A stretch of DNA of 64,000 bases from Nitrosopumilaceae archaeon (GCA_965209085.1 OZ242376.1:256001-320000), one strand, 5' to 3'. Positions 1-9,508 are shown, numbered from the stretch's first letter. The notes: generated from the sequence alone by a model not told the origin. Program-made: numbers and translations.

Positions 1-743
1 ATCTGCTCCATCATATCTGCATCCACACTATTTTTGGCACTGATCCAAAACTCACTTTCTTGGGTATCAAATGCATCAAATTCATGCATCCAGGAGGCGT
101 TAAAATATACCGCGTTGGTTATGATAACTTTCAAATCTTTATCAGATAATACATCATTGCTAATTATTTTGGGTATTTTTCCTCTTGTTGAATCATTTGC
201 CCATTTGTTGATTTTATCAGCACTTTTACTGTCAAATGAATCTGCAACACCGTCATAATGGATATTTACTATATCTGCATATTCGGGACTGACTTTATAG
301 TCATCTCTAATCCACAGGGCGTTTGCCACGTTTAATTCATAATTCAAATTTTCACTCGTTAAACTATCCGTTATATTTTTCAGTCCCAATCTACGTGCAT
401 CATCCTCAGAGGGTATGCCAAGTGCCTTTTCCATCTCTAGTGCCGTATTGCCCCGTGCCCCCTCGTAAGTCATCGTCATGGCCGTAAGAATGCTAAAAGG
501 TGAAAAAAAGATGTTTTTTTGCGTGTCAGTTTCCAACAATTTGAATAAATCTATGGCTACCTGGTTGTTTGCCTCTGAAACAGAAACTGATTGGTTAAAT
601 GACAATGTATGATTAACCAGGAGTTTTTCATTATTAGTTGCAGGCTGTACGTCAATATTGTCGGCAGGAATTACAAATACAAGCGAAACCACTATAGCTA
701 TAACTGTTACAATTGCAATCATTATTAATTTGTTGGATAACAA
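1..743 (-). CDS. Serpin (serine protease inhibitor) with N-terminal signal/TM segment; partial, runs off the left edge
   Basis: Not in the ORF track. Manual translation from TTG 743 (or ATG 722): hydrophobic IAIVTVIAIVVSLVFVI, then ANNQVAIDLFKLL...KNIFFSPFSILTAMTMTYEGARGNTALEMEKAL, the serpin N-terminal signature. Confidence 0.9.
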   Translation of the reverse strand, partial: MLSNKLIMIAIVTVIAIVVSLVFVIPADNIDVQPATNNEKLLVNHTLSFNQSVSVSEANNQVAIDLFKLLETDTQKNIFFSPFSILTAMTMTYEGARGNTALEMEKALGIPSEDDARRLGLKNITDSLTSENLNYELNVANALWIRDDYKVSPEYADIVNIHYDGVADSFDSKSADKINKWANDSTRGKIPKIISNDVLSDKDLKVIITNAVYFNASWMHEFDAFDTQESEFWISAKNSVDADMMEQ

Positions 744-906
744 TATTACCTGTTGTATAATGATATATTTATAATTTTTTGATTGAGGTTCTGTGAAGTT
801 ATCGGTGCATAGGCGTGAATATGGATATTCTTTGAATTGATTGTAAATATGCAAATAGGATGAATTATATAATAGACCTCATGCATAATTAACTAAAAAA
901 TCAATT

Positions 907-2106
907 TTGGCAAATCGAAAGATCTATGATCTAGTATCATGTGAGCATAGCATGTGCAAATCAGACAAACGCATGATCTCTAAACTGGAAAAGACGATCT
1001 TAAAGATGGAAAAGACGATCCTAAAGATGGAAAAGAATAGCTCCAGGCAGGAATCAGAAATTCAACACTACAAAAAGATGGCACAGAGTAGCAATGATGA
1101 CAAAAGACAACATGTCGATAAATATTTGAACAAGGGAATTGGGAATGATGTTCATCTATATGAAATGACAGGAATGAACCGTGAAGAATTTGAATGGATT
1201 CTAGAACGGTTCAAAAAAACCGTAGAAAATTCATCAGAGATTCCCCGCTTTTCAGAATATGTGGACGATCCTGGAAACACCTGTATCCTTACCGTAAAGC
1301 AAGTTTTGTTTATCGTATTGTGCCGCAAACGCAATAATCTCAAACAGGGAGCACTTGCGTTCATTGCAGACGTTGATCAGAGCACCATTAGCAGATATCT
1401 GACATTTTCTGATGAACTATTGATGGATATTCTTCCAACGGCTAAGAATATTGGTGCTGCAATACGGACAATACGTACAAGCGAGTTGTTTAAAAAATTC
1501 GTACCCGGCAGAGGCGGCGGCGAGCTATATCTTGATGCCACGTTTGTACAGGTTCAAAGACCGCAGGAGAATCAAGAAACAGTATACTATTCTGGAAAGC
1601 GCAAAAGGCACGTCTACAGCATACAGATAACCTCCAACAAAGATGGAGTGGTAAATGACATTGGCGGTCCAGAAGAGGGCTCAGTACATGACATGGAGGT
1701 ACTGCGGCGTAATCCGCCAAATTTTGGCAAATGGACCGATGGCATGAAAAACTCTGATACAAAAAAAGAGCGCCAAATTACACTCTACACCGACAAGGGA
1801 TACTTGTCCGTGGAAAAAGACTATCCTGGAATTATCTCAAAGCAGCCGTACAAAAAACCAAAGGGTAGGGGATTGACAGAGACAGAACGCGAATATAGCA
1901 AGAGGATCAGTCGTAAGCGCATAAAAGTAGAGCATGCCATAAACCGGCTCAAATGGTTTCGCAGAATGAGTGCCGTATATGATGACACAATGGATGCGTT
2001 TTATACAGAAATCCAAGTGGTTACAGGACTGACCAATCTGCACATCATGTTAAAGGATCGCAAGTATATCGAACCGTTGGAAAAAATTTGCCCTCAAATC
2101 AAGTAG
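907..2106 (+). CDS. IS5-family DDE transposase
   Basis: HTH (VDQSTISRY), YLDATF..QRP, YSGK.KRH, HDM, YTDKGY and RIKVEHAI motifs. Confidence 0.9.
   Translation: MANRKIYDLVSCEHSMCKSDKRMISKLEKTILKMEKTILKMEKNSSRQESEIQHYKKMAQSSNDDKRQHVDKYLNKGIGNDVHLYEMTGMNREEFEWILERFKKTVENSSEIPRFSEYVDDPGNTCILTVKQVLFIVLCRKRNNLKQGALAFIADVDQSTISRYLTFSDELLMDILPTAKNIGAAIRTIRTSELFKKFVPGRGGGELYLDATFVQVQRPQENQETVYYSGKRKRHVYSIQITSNKDGVVNDIGGPEEGSVHDMEVLRRNPPNFGKWTDGMKNSDTKKERQITLYTDKGYLSVEKDYPGIISKQPYKKPKGRGLTETEREYSKRISRKRIKVEHAINRLKWFRRMSAVYDDTMDAFYTEIQVVTGLTNLHIMLKDRKYIEPLEKICPQIK
986..1036 (+). repeat. 21-bp in-frame tandem repeat, about 2.4 copies (heptad MEKTILK)
   Basis: TGGAAAAGACGATCTTAAAGA / TGGAAAAGACGATCCTAAAGA / TGGAAAAGA. 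Confidence 0.9.
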
Positions 2107-2276
2107 CACATCTTTGTGCATACAGTCACGCATAATATCCTGCTTTTTGTCATGCATATGATATTTGGATTTATTTTGTTGTCTGCTTGAAGGTTTTAGG
2201 CCATATGTACTTTGATCATGACAGTGTCATAGTAGGAACCGTATGTCTTTGCAGTTGATTATGCATGAACTCTAAT

Positions 2277-3631
2277 AGACCTTATGCATAATTAACCAAA
2301 AAATCAATTTTGACAAATCGAAAGATCTATGATCTAGTATCACATTCGTACAGCATGTGTGCCCCAGACAAGCGTATAATCGCCCAGCAAACAGAGATGA
2401 TCTCCAAGCTTGAAGCAGAAATTCAACACTACAAAAAAACGATACATGATAATGAGGTCGAAAAGCAACAATCTGCCTACGAATATTTGAACCACATAAT
2501 TGATGATGACAATTATTTGTACGGGACGACTGGAATGAACCGTGAAGAGTTTGAATGGATTCAGGAACGGTTTGAAAAAGTTATCGAATATTCGCCCAAG
2601 GTCCCCCGCTTTTCAGATTATGTCGACGATCCTGGAAACACCTGTATTCTCACTGCATCTCAAATTTTGTTTGTCACACTGTGCCGCAAACGCAACAATC
2701 CTAAACAGGAATTGCTTGCGGCCATTGCAGGCGTTGATCAGAGCACCATCAGCAGATATCTGACCTTTTCTGATGAATTGTTGATGAATATTCTTCCAAC
2801 GGCTAAGAATATTGGTGCTGCAATACGGACAATACGTACAAGCGAGTTGTTTAAAAAATTCGTACCCGGCAGAGGCGGCGGCGAGCTGTATCTTGATGCC
2901 ACGTTTGTACAGGTTCAAAGACCGCAGGAAAACCAAGAGGTAGTATACTCTGGAAAGCGTAAGAGGCACGTCTACAACGTACAGATAACCTCAAACAAAG
3001 ACGGGCTGGTACTTGACATTGGCGGACCTGAAGATGGCTCAGTACATGACATGGAGGTACTGCGGCGTAATCCGCCAAATTTTGGCAAATGGACCGATGG
3101 CATGAAAAACTCTGATACAAAAAAAGAGCGCCAAATTATGCTATATACTGACAAGGGATATCTGTCCGTGGAAAAAGACTATCGGGGCATTATCTCAAAG
3201 CAGCCGTACAAAAAACCAAAGGGCAGAGGATTAACAGAGACAGAACGCGAATACAGCAAGAGAATCAGTCGTAAGCGCATAAAAGTAGAGCATGCCATAA
3301 ACTGGCTCAAATGGTTTCGCAGAATGAGTGCCGTATATGATGACACAATGGATGCGTTTTATACAGAAATCCAAGTGGTTACAGGACTGACCAATCTGCA
3401 CATCATGTTAAAGGATCGCAAGTATATCGAACCGTTGGAAAAAATTTGCCCTCAAATCAAGTAGCACATCTTTGTGCATACAGTCACGCATAATATCCTG
3501 CTTTTTGTCATGCATATGATATTTTGATTTATTTTGTTGTCTGCTTGAAGGTTTTAGGCCATGTGTACTTTGATCATGACAGCGTCATAGTCGGAACCGT
3601 ATGTCTCAGTGATTGATTATGCATAAGGCCT
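2277..3631 (+). mobile_element. IS5-like insertion sequence, copy 2, in tandem with copy 1
   Basis: TIRs AGACCTTATGCATAAT (2277-2292) and ATTATGCATAAGGCCT (3616-3631); AAT on both flanks. Confidence 0.85.
2310..3464 (+). CDS. IS5-family DDE transposase
   Basis: Same motifs as 907..2106; C-terminal two-thirds nearly identical. Confidence 0.9.
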   Translation: MTNRKIYDLVSHSYSMCAPDKRIIAQQTEMISKLEAEIQHYKKTIHDNEVEKQQSAYEYLNHIIDDDNYLYGTTGMNREEFEWIQERFEKVIEYSPKVPRFSDYVDDPGNTCILTASQILFVTLCRKRNNPKQELLAAIAGVDQSTISRYLTFSDELLMNILPTAKNIGAAIRTIRTSELFKKFVPGRGGGELYLDATFVQVQRPQENQEVVYSGKRKRHVYNVQITSNKDGLVLDIGGPEDGSVHDMEVLRRNPPNFGKWTDGMKNSDTKKERQIMLYTDKGYLSVEKDYRGIISKQPYKKPKGRGLTETEREYSKRISRKRIKVEHAINWLKWFRRMSAVYDDTMDAFYTEIQVVTGLTNLHIMLKDRKYIEPLEKICPQIK

Positions 3632-3645
3632 AATAAATGTAATAT

Positions 3646-3840
3646 GTGAATAATATGGGCATTATTGGTACCTATTCGGTAGTTGTGAAATGTGAAAATT
3701 GTGGTACGGGTAATAAAATTGTTATTTCTAAAGGTGTAACGATTGGGAGTAGCTTGAAGAATATCCGTGATGTATGTGGTAATTGTGGCTGTCCGTTAAA
3801 ACGTAGAGCAAATTATACCGCAGATCATAAATTCGTTTAA
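3646..3840 (+). CDS. Small zinc-ribbon protein
   Basis: Two CxxC pairs (CENC, CGNC) in 64 aa. Confidence 0.55.
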   Translation: MNNMGIIGTYSVVVKCENCGTGNKIVISKGVTIGSSLKNIRDVCGNCGCPLKRRANYTADHKFV

Positions 3841-4085
3841 ATTCTGAATGATGTTCATAAATGATTCATGTTTTTTACATCTATAACTTCGTCATATTAT
3901 GATATTATTGATGGTTTTTTTAAACGAATTAATGCTTTGGGGTATAACAATAAAGTGATCTTTTTTTCACACCAACCGATAAACTTTTAGATCGCTAAAA
4001 TACATTAGACTTCATGCATAATGGGTCAAATTCACAATTTTTACGAATAAAAATGACCGATTTGAACGATTATGCATAACCATAT

Positions 4086-5208
4086 GTGAAGAGAGCTTCT
4101 AAGACCACAGATGGTTGTAAGAATGTCAAACGATCCGTATCACCGAAACGTAAATCATCTAAAAAAGATCCAAATGCAAACAAACAGATTACCACATATT
4201 CTGGGAAGAATATGTTTGTTGGAATGGACGTTCACAAGAAATTTCTTCAAGTTGCAATGATGGATAAAAAAGCCAAAGTGATTTTTAATGAGAGGATTGA
4301 AAATGAAAACAAGTCCATCAGTCGATTCTTCAGATCAAGCGTACCTGAAAATGCAAAAATCGTAATGGAATCTTCATCCGTATGGTACGGTCTATATCGA
4401 TACATGACAGATAAAATGGGTTATAATGTCGTATTGTCAAATCCATGGGCGACAAAAATCATCGCCGCATCCAAGAAAAAGACCGACAAGAGGGATGCTG
4501 TAACACTTGCAGACCTATTACGGTGCGGATACATATCCCTCTGTCATGTCTCAAACAAGGACATAGTGGAACAACGGCAACTTGTACGATATCGCGACAG
4601 CCTTGTCAAGACAAGGACAACTCTAAAAAACAAAATACATGGAATTTTGTTACAGGGAGGGATAAAGATCTTTGGAGCAACATTTACGCTTACATACAAT
4701 AGAAAACTGCGTTCTCTAAAGGATTATCGTATAAACGGATATTTGGATTCTATTGGATTCGTTAATACAAAAATTGCAGACTCAAACATAAAAGTACACA
4801 ACGCATCCTGTTCAAACAAGGATGCAATGTTGCTCAAGACAATACCTGGCATAGGTGATTTTATTTCATTGATACTGGCAGCAGAGATTGATGGAGTTGA
4901 GAGATTTTCTGAACCAAAACAACTCAAATCATATGCAGGTCTTGCCCCATCGGTTCGCAATTCAGCAGATGTGGTCCATCACGGACATATAACAAAAAGA
5001 GGAAAGTCAGATGATGCGATGGGCACTGGTGGAAGCTGTTACCACACATGTCCGATTTGCATCAGAGAGTAACATTTCTGAATTTTACCGGCGTCTTGCA
5101 AAAAAGAGAGGATCATCCAAGGCCAAAGTTGCAGCAGCGGCCAAGATGCTGGATATCATATTTCGTATGCTAAAGGATAGGAGTGAATTTGAAATACATC
5201 ATAGTTAA
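4086..5208 (+). pseudogene. IS110 DEDD recombinase/transposase, frameshifted near 5003
   Basis: FVGMDVHK, VMESS, KKKTDKRDA, TIPGIG, SYAGLAPSVRNS and ITKRG motifs; the C-terminus (MRWALVEA...KAKVAAAAKML) continues in another frame (5011..5208). Confidence 0.9.
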
Positions 5209-5216
5209 AGCAACAA

Positions 5217-5330
5217 ACCGCGGGTTAGACTTTGGGGATGTTACCCCGGCTGCATAACTGCGGTAAGCTTTAACATGTAGATGAAGATGGTTGTGGGATT
5301 AAATCCCGAATGGATAGATGTCTTTTATCT
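5217..5330 (+). ncRNA. Putative bridge RNA/seekRNA (target-binding and donor-binding loops)
   Basis: Two stem-enclosed internal loops, each with a central hairpin. Guides TAGACTTT (5226-5233) and TGCATA (5251-5256) match the IS5/MITE TIR; ATGGTT (5287-5292) and ATGGATA (5310-5316) match the element's circle junction. Transcript ends unknown. Confidence 0.75.
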
Positions 5331-5525
5331 TTTGGTTGGAACCAGACACATAGCGAAAGCCATACCGCATGACACAAAAAAGCAAGAAACCTTTAAAAAG
5401 TATTCACATGGATAACCTCTATTGCCATTATTGTCTAATAATCACTAAAATTGACAAATTATGCAAGGTTGTACACCATACCACGCATGAGAATGTTTAT
5501 GGACACTATATGATGGATAATAACC

Positions 5526-7664
5526 GTGAAGGTTGCAAAACTACATTTAGAAAAAGAGGCTCTGGAATTTCTTGACAAACAAGGATACAAGGATCTCTTC
5601 CCGCCCCAAAAAACTGCCATAGATGCCGGATTATTAAAAGAAAAAAGCATACTGGTTTCAGCTCCCACTGCGGGAGGCAAAACACTCATTGCCATGATGG
5701 CAATACTCTCGTTTCTCTCAAAAGGCAAGGGCAAGGCCGTATATCTTAGCCCTCTAAAGGCGCTGGCAGCGGAAAAATATTCTGAATTTAAAAAACTCGA
5801 ACAAATTAAAATCGGCGGAAGAAAGCCCCGTGTGGCAGTATCTGTTGGAAATTTGGGCAATTCGAAAAACAATCCTGCAAACAGCGACGTTTTGATTTTA
5901 ACAAACGAAAGAATGGACTATATGATAAGGCGCGGTTCGGACTGGGTTGATGACATAGGTCTGATCATAGCTGATGAGGTGCATCTTGTCGGCGATGATG
6001 ACAGGGGACCGGCACTGGAGATGATTTTAACGCGAATGAAAAGAAAAGATCCGACACCGCAGATAATCGGCCTTAGCGCAACGGTGACAAACTCTGAAGA
6101 GATTGCAGACTGGCTGGGTGCTGATCTTGCAGAAAGCGATTGGCGTCCGGTTCCGCTTACAGAAGGCGTGTGCGACGGCAGAACGGTTGAAATGAACGAT
6201 GGTAAAATATACGAGCCTAAATTTACGGTCAGGGGAATTCCCGTGGATCTTGGTATTGAATGCGTGGTAGAGGGCGGACAGTCGCTCCTGTTTGCAGAAA
6301 CGCGCGTGCGTGCAGCATCACTGGCAACCAAGGCTGCTGATGCGATATCAGAGCTGCTCACAAGCAATGAGCGCAAATCGCTTGCAGCAATATCCAAAAA
6401 AATTACCGGCTCTAGTGAGCGCACCGAACTGGTCCAAAAACTGGCAGATCTGGTGAAAAAAGGCGTGGCGTTTCATCACGCAGGATTGGATCAGAAATGT
6501 CGCGAGGCAGTGGAGGATGGATACCGCAAAGGCGCCATAAAGCTGCTCTCATCAACTCCAACGCTTGCAGCAGGCGTAAATCTTCCCGCAAGGCGCGTTG
6601 TAATATCCAGCGTGATGCGTTACAACGGCAAAGTGGGCGCCAACGTTCCAATACGCGTCCTTGAATACAAACAACTGTGCGGCAGGGCCGGCCGGCCGCA
6701 ATACGACGATCACGGCGAGGCAATAATCGTGACAAGCAGGGCAGCTGAGGAGATTGCCGAACATTACATTGACGGCGAGGCTGAACCCATTGAATCGGTG
6801 ATAACCGAGGAGAATGCATTGCACAACCACGTTTTGGGACTTGTATCAACGGAGCCGGGAATACGCGGCGAGGATGTCGTGAAATTTTTTATGGACACGC
6901 TTGGCGGAATGCAGTACCAGAAAGGTGAGACAAAAAACGGCGTCTCTGAGGCGCTTGAATACCTGGAGGAAAAAGAGATGCTGGTCGGAAAGAAAAAACG
7001 GTACGCTGCAACCGAATTTGGAAAAAGAACCTCCTCACTGTACATTGATCCGCAGACTGCATGGAGGATGCGCGAGGCGATAACGAATGCGTCAAAAAAA
7101 GGATCGCATGCGCTCGGATTCTTACATGTAATAACACAGTGCCGGGAATTTTACCCGCGCATGCAGCTGCGGCAAAAAGATTACGAGCTAGCCGATGAGC
7201 TGCTTGAAAAGAAACGCTCAGAGCTGTTAGATCCCCTGGATGCATCCGAGTGCAGCAGAAGTTTGATTGCACTTGACATGTGGATATCCGAATATTCTGA
7301 ATCAAACATTGCAAGCGCCCTAAAGGCAGAATCCGGTGATGTACACCGCATGAATGAAACTGCGCGGTGGCTTGCATTCTGCATGAGGGAGCTCTCACGG
7401 CATCTTCAACGACCGGATCTTGCAGCAGAGATGGAGTCATTGGAGATGCGCATCAGGTACGGAGTAAAGACACAGCTGCTTGATTTGGTGCGCGTGAGGG
7501 GAATTGGACGCGTCCGGGCGAGAATCTTATACAAGAGGGGAATAAAGACAGTTGAGGATCTTGAAAAAATACCTCTTGCAAAACTTGCAGCAACCGACAA
7601 GATTGGCTCAAAGCTTGCAGCAAGTATAAAATCACAGACGGGCAGATTTGGACCGCGGCGCTAG
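5526..7664 (+). CDS. hel308: Hel308/Hjm (Ski2-like) SF2 DNA helicase
   Basis: APTAGGKT, DEVH, SAT, TPTLAAGVNLPA and QLCGRAGRP motifs; C-terminal HhH (GIGRVRAR). Confidence 0.93.
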   Translation: MKVAKLHLEKEALEFLDKQGYKDLFPPQKTAIDAGLLKEKSILVSAPTAGGKTLIAMMAILSFLSKGKGKAVYLSPLKALAAEKYSEFKKLEQIKIGGRKPRVAVSVGNLGNSKNNPANSDVLILTNERMDYMIRRGSDWVDDIGLIIADEVHLVGDDDRGPALEMILTRMKRKDPTPQIIGLSATVTNSEEIADWLGADLAESDWRPVPLTEGVCDGRTVEMNDGKIYEPKFTVRGIPVDLGIECVVEGGQSLLFAETRVRAASLATKAADAISELLTSNERKSLAAISKKITGSSERTELVQKLADLVKKGVAFHHAGLDQKCREAVEDGYRKGAIKLLSSTPTLAAGVNLPARRVVISSVMRYNGKVGANVPIRVLEYKQLCGRAGRPQYDDHGEAIIVTSRAAEEIAEHYIDGEAEPIESVITEENALHNHVLGLVSTEPGIRGEDVVKFFMDTLGGMQYQKGETKNGVSEALEYLEEKEMLVGKKKRYAATEFGKRTSSLYIDPQTAWRMREAITNASKKGSHALGFLHVITQCREFYPRMQLRQKDYELADELLEKKRSELLDPLDASECSRSLIALDMWISEYSESNIASALKAESGDVHRMNETARWLAFCMRELSRHLQRPDLAAEMESLEMRIRYGVKTQLLDLVRVRGIGRVRARILYKRGIKTVEDLEKIPLAKLAATDKIGSKLAASIKSQTGRFGPRR

Positions 7665-7927
7665 GATTTTACAACAGGAGAGTTTTTTATCTTTTCAGGA
7701 ATAATATCCGCATTATCTTTAATAAAATCCGAATCAAGTTTCCTATCTCGAAGCTCATCTGGCAGCATGATTGGTATTCCATCTATAATCGGATAAAATC
7801 TCTTACACTTTGTACAGTAAAGAGCCCCCACCGATACTGTATCGCCGTTGGATTTGCACTCGTGCAGCTCCAACGGGTGGTATCCGTCCATGGGACATGC
7901 GAGTATGTCCATCATGCTTTTCTCCAT
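7661..7927 (-). CDS. Trm112-family methyltransferase activator
   Basis: DILACPMD...LYCTKCKRFYPIIDGIPIMLPDE; start at the ATG coupled to the upstream stop. Confidence 0.88.
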   Translation of the reverse strand: MEKSMMDILACPMDGYHPLELHECKSNGDTVSVGALYCTKCKRFYPIIDGIPIMLPDELRDRKLDSDFIKDNADIIPEKIKNSPVVKS

Positions 7928-8835
7928 CAGTACACACCCTCGAGCCATTTGGAATATTTTGATCTCTGCCCATTTACTATGGCATCATATTCGTCCATCA
8001 TGGTTTTTGTAACCGGCCCGCACCTGCCTTTGGATATGTTTTTGCGCCCAATTCTTGTTACGGGAACAATTTCAGATGCTGTTCCGGATAAAAATATCTC
8101 ATCAGCTGATTTTAACTGTGAAAGGGTTATCTTTTTTTCAACAACTGATATTCCAAGATCTATACCCATGCGTTTTACCGTATCCCGGGTTATGCCAAGC
8201 AGGGGGGATGAGCTTTCAGGCGGGGTGGAAATTTTACCGTTTTTTACGACAAAGATGTTCTCTCCTGTCGCCTCGCTTACATTTCCGCTGTGATCCAATA
8301 GTACGGCATCATCGTACCCGCCGGATTTTGCCTCCCCTGTGGCTATGATGGAATTCAGATAGTTACCACCCGCCTTTGACTGTGTAGGCGTGGCAAGTCC
8401 TGAGAATTTGCGCCATTTGGAGATACACACGGAAATGCCTTTTTTGTCAAATAAATCGCCCATATCCATTACGAATATTGCCGTGTGAGTGGGGGATTTT
8501 TTTGTCAGGTGAAGCTTTATTCCGTTGTTACCGACAAAATAAAACGGCCTGATATAGCATGATTTTTTGATTTTGTTTTTCCTGCATACGTTCAGTATTG
8601 CCTTTGTAATTGCAGCACTAGTATGCCTTGACACTATGGAATAATATTCGCCGGATCTCTTGAATCTTTTGACATGATCTGCGAGCCTGAATATGTTTAG
8701 CTGCGAACCGTTCCAGTATCCGCGGATGCCTTCGAATACTGACGTGCCGTAGTGTATTGCATGCGTTGCAATTGAAACTGTGGCATCTTTTTCTTTTATC
8801 AAAGAGCCATCAAACCAAACGTACCCATACGCCAC
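7927..8835 (-). CDS. ilvE: Branched-chain amino acid aminotransferase
   Basis: HAIHYGTSVFEGIR, KAGGNY, EATGENIF, LLGITR and GTASEIVP motifs. Confidence 0.93.
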   Translation of the reverse strand: MAYGYVWFDGSLIKEKDATVSIATHAIHYGTSVFEGIRGYWNGSQLNIFRLADHVKRFKRSGEYYSIVSRHTSAAITKAILNVCRKNKIKKSCYIRPFYFVGNNGIKLHLTKKSPTHTAIFVMDMGDLFDKKGISVCISKWRKFSGLATPTQSKAGGNYLNSIIATGEAKSGGYDDAVLLDHSGNVSEATGENIFVVKNGKISTPPESSSPLLGITRDTVKRMGIDLGISVVEKKITLSQLKSADEIFLSGTASEIVPVTRIGRKNISKGRCGPVTKTMMDEYDAIVNGQRSKYSKWLEGVY

Positions 8836-8859
8836 AAATTTGCGCCATCTTGCGCCAAT

Positions 8860-9462
8860 TTATCTATTTTTACAGGAACACCAAAAACCGTCTTTTGGAA
8901 ATTTCATTCCGGCCACCCTTATGGTCAGGTCATTTTGTTCGGAAAAATGTTCAACCATGCCGGTGTTTTTTTCAATAATGGGTACGATCTTATCTGGCAC
9001 ACTGTTTTTCCAGTCCTTACCTGAGTAAATGGCCTCTTTAACTGACGTTGCAGAGATAGGCTCCCTCTCCCCTATCATGGGTCTCATACGGTATGATTTT
9101 AGCATGCGCCCCTCTGCACGGTCTCCAGTATACGTGAAATAATCCTTGTCGTATCCGGCAACGATCCTCTGCCGCAGCATCCAGGAGGCTATGGATACCA
9201 GCGGTGGCAGATATTTTACAAACGGCGCGTTAAACTGATACTTGTCTGATACGTCCACAGAATCCCCAAAGACTGCCTCGATCATCTCTTTTCTGGATTC
9301 AAAGCTGAACGGAAAGCTCTTGCTGTTTATTTCAATGCCGCGTTTTCTAAAGATTACCGGCATGATTACGACCCTGTCGGCTTTATTCTGCAGGTTTTTG
9401 ATTATATTTACGTGCGAATTGGTAAGGGGGTTTAGGTGTGCAAGATAGATGGCAGTGGTCAA
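8860..9462 (-). CDS. Nucleotidyltransferase-superfamily (cytidylyltransferase/NMNAT-like) protein
   Basis: N-terminal HLNPLTNSH (HxGH-like), PFSFESRKEMI, ISATSVK...W...VP. Confidence 0.7.
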   Translation of the reverse strand: MTTAIYLAHLNPLTNSHVNIIKNLQNKADRVVIMPVIFRKRGIEINSKSFPFSFESRKEMIEAVFGDSVDVSDKYQFNAPFVKYLPPLVSIASWMLRQRIVAGYDKDYFTYTGDRAEGRMLKSYRMRPMIGEREPISATSVKEAIYSGKDWKNSVPDKIVPIIEKNTGMVEHFSEQNDLTIRVAGMKFPKDGFWCSCKNR

Positions 9463-9508
9463 CTGCCTGTACCCTGTACGTACACTATTTCAATATAGGT
9501 AAAACAGG

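Larger units (their letters stand above)
874..2273 (+). mobile_element. IS5-like (DDE_Tnp_4/ISL2-type) insertion sequence, copy 1
   Basis: 16-bp imperfect TIRs AGACCTCATGCATAAT (874-889) and ATTATGCATGAACTCT (2258-2273); AAT on both flanks (871-873, 2274-2276). Confidence 0.85.
4080..5415 (+). mobile_element. IS110-family (IS1111-type) insertion sequence
   Basis: DEDD recombinase gene; subterminal inverted repeats ATGTGAA (4084-4090) and TTCACAT (5403-5409); long 3' non-coding region; ATAA(CC) present at both junctions. Confidence 0.9.
4007..5420. mobile_element. 78-bp MITE with IS5-type TIRs, interrupted in its right TIR by an IS110-family element (MITE parts 4007-4079 and 5416-5420)
   Basis: Left TIR AGACTTCATGCATAAT; right TIR reconstructs as ATTATGCATAA+CCTCT; ATT on both flanks (4004-4006, 5421-5423). 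Confidence 0.85.

Noticed and set aside
34-258. 74-aa plus-strand ORF
   Set aside because: Antisense shadow of the serpin gene. The many short ORFs opposite hel308, sdh, acc, nuo and aconitase were rejected for the same reason.
2107-2257. Conserved IS5 3' non-coding region as a possible guide RNA
   Set aside because: Only short palindromes were seen, with no TnpB/IscB gene and no match to a target; conservation is explained by element copying.
5369-5575. 68-aa ORF across the IS110 right end
   Set aside because: It spans the IS/MITE/host junction and overlaps hel308 out of frame, with no recognisable motif.
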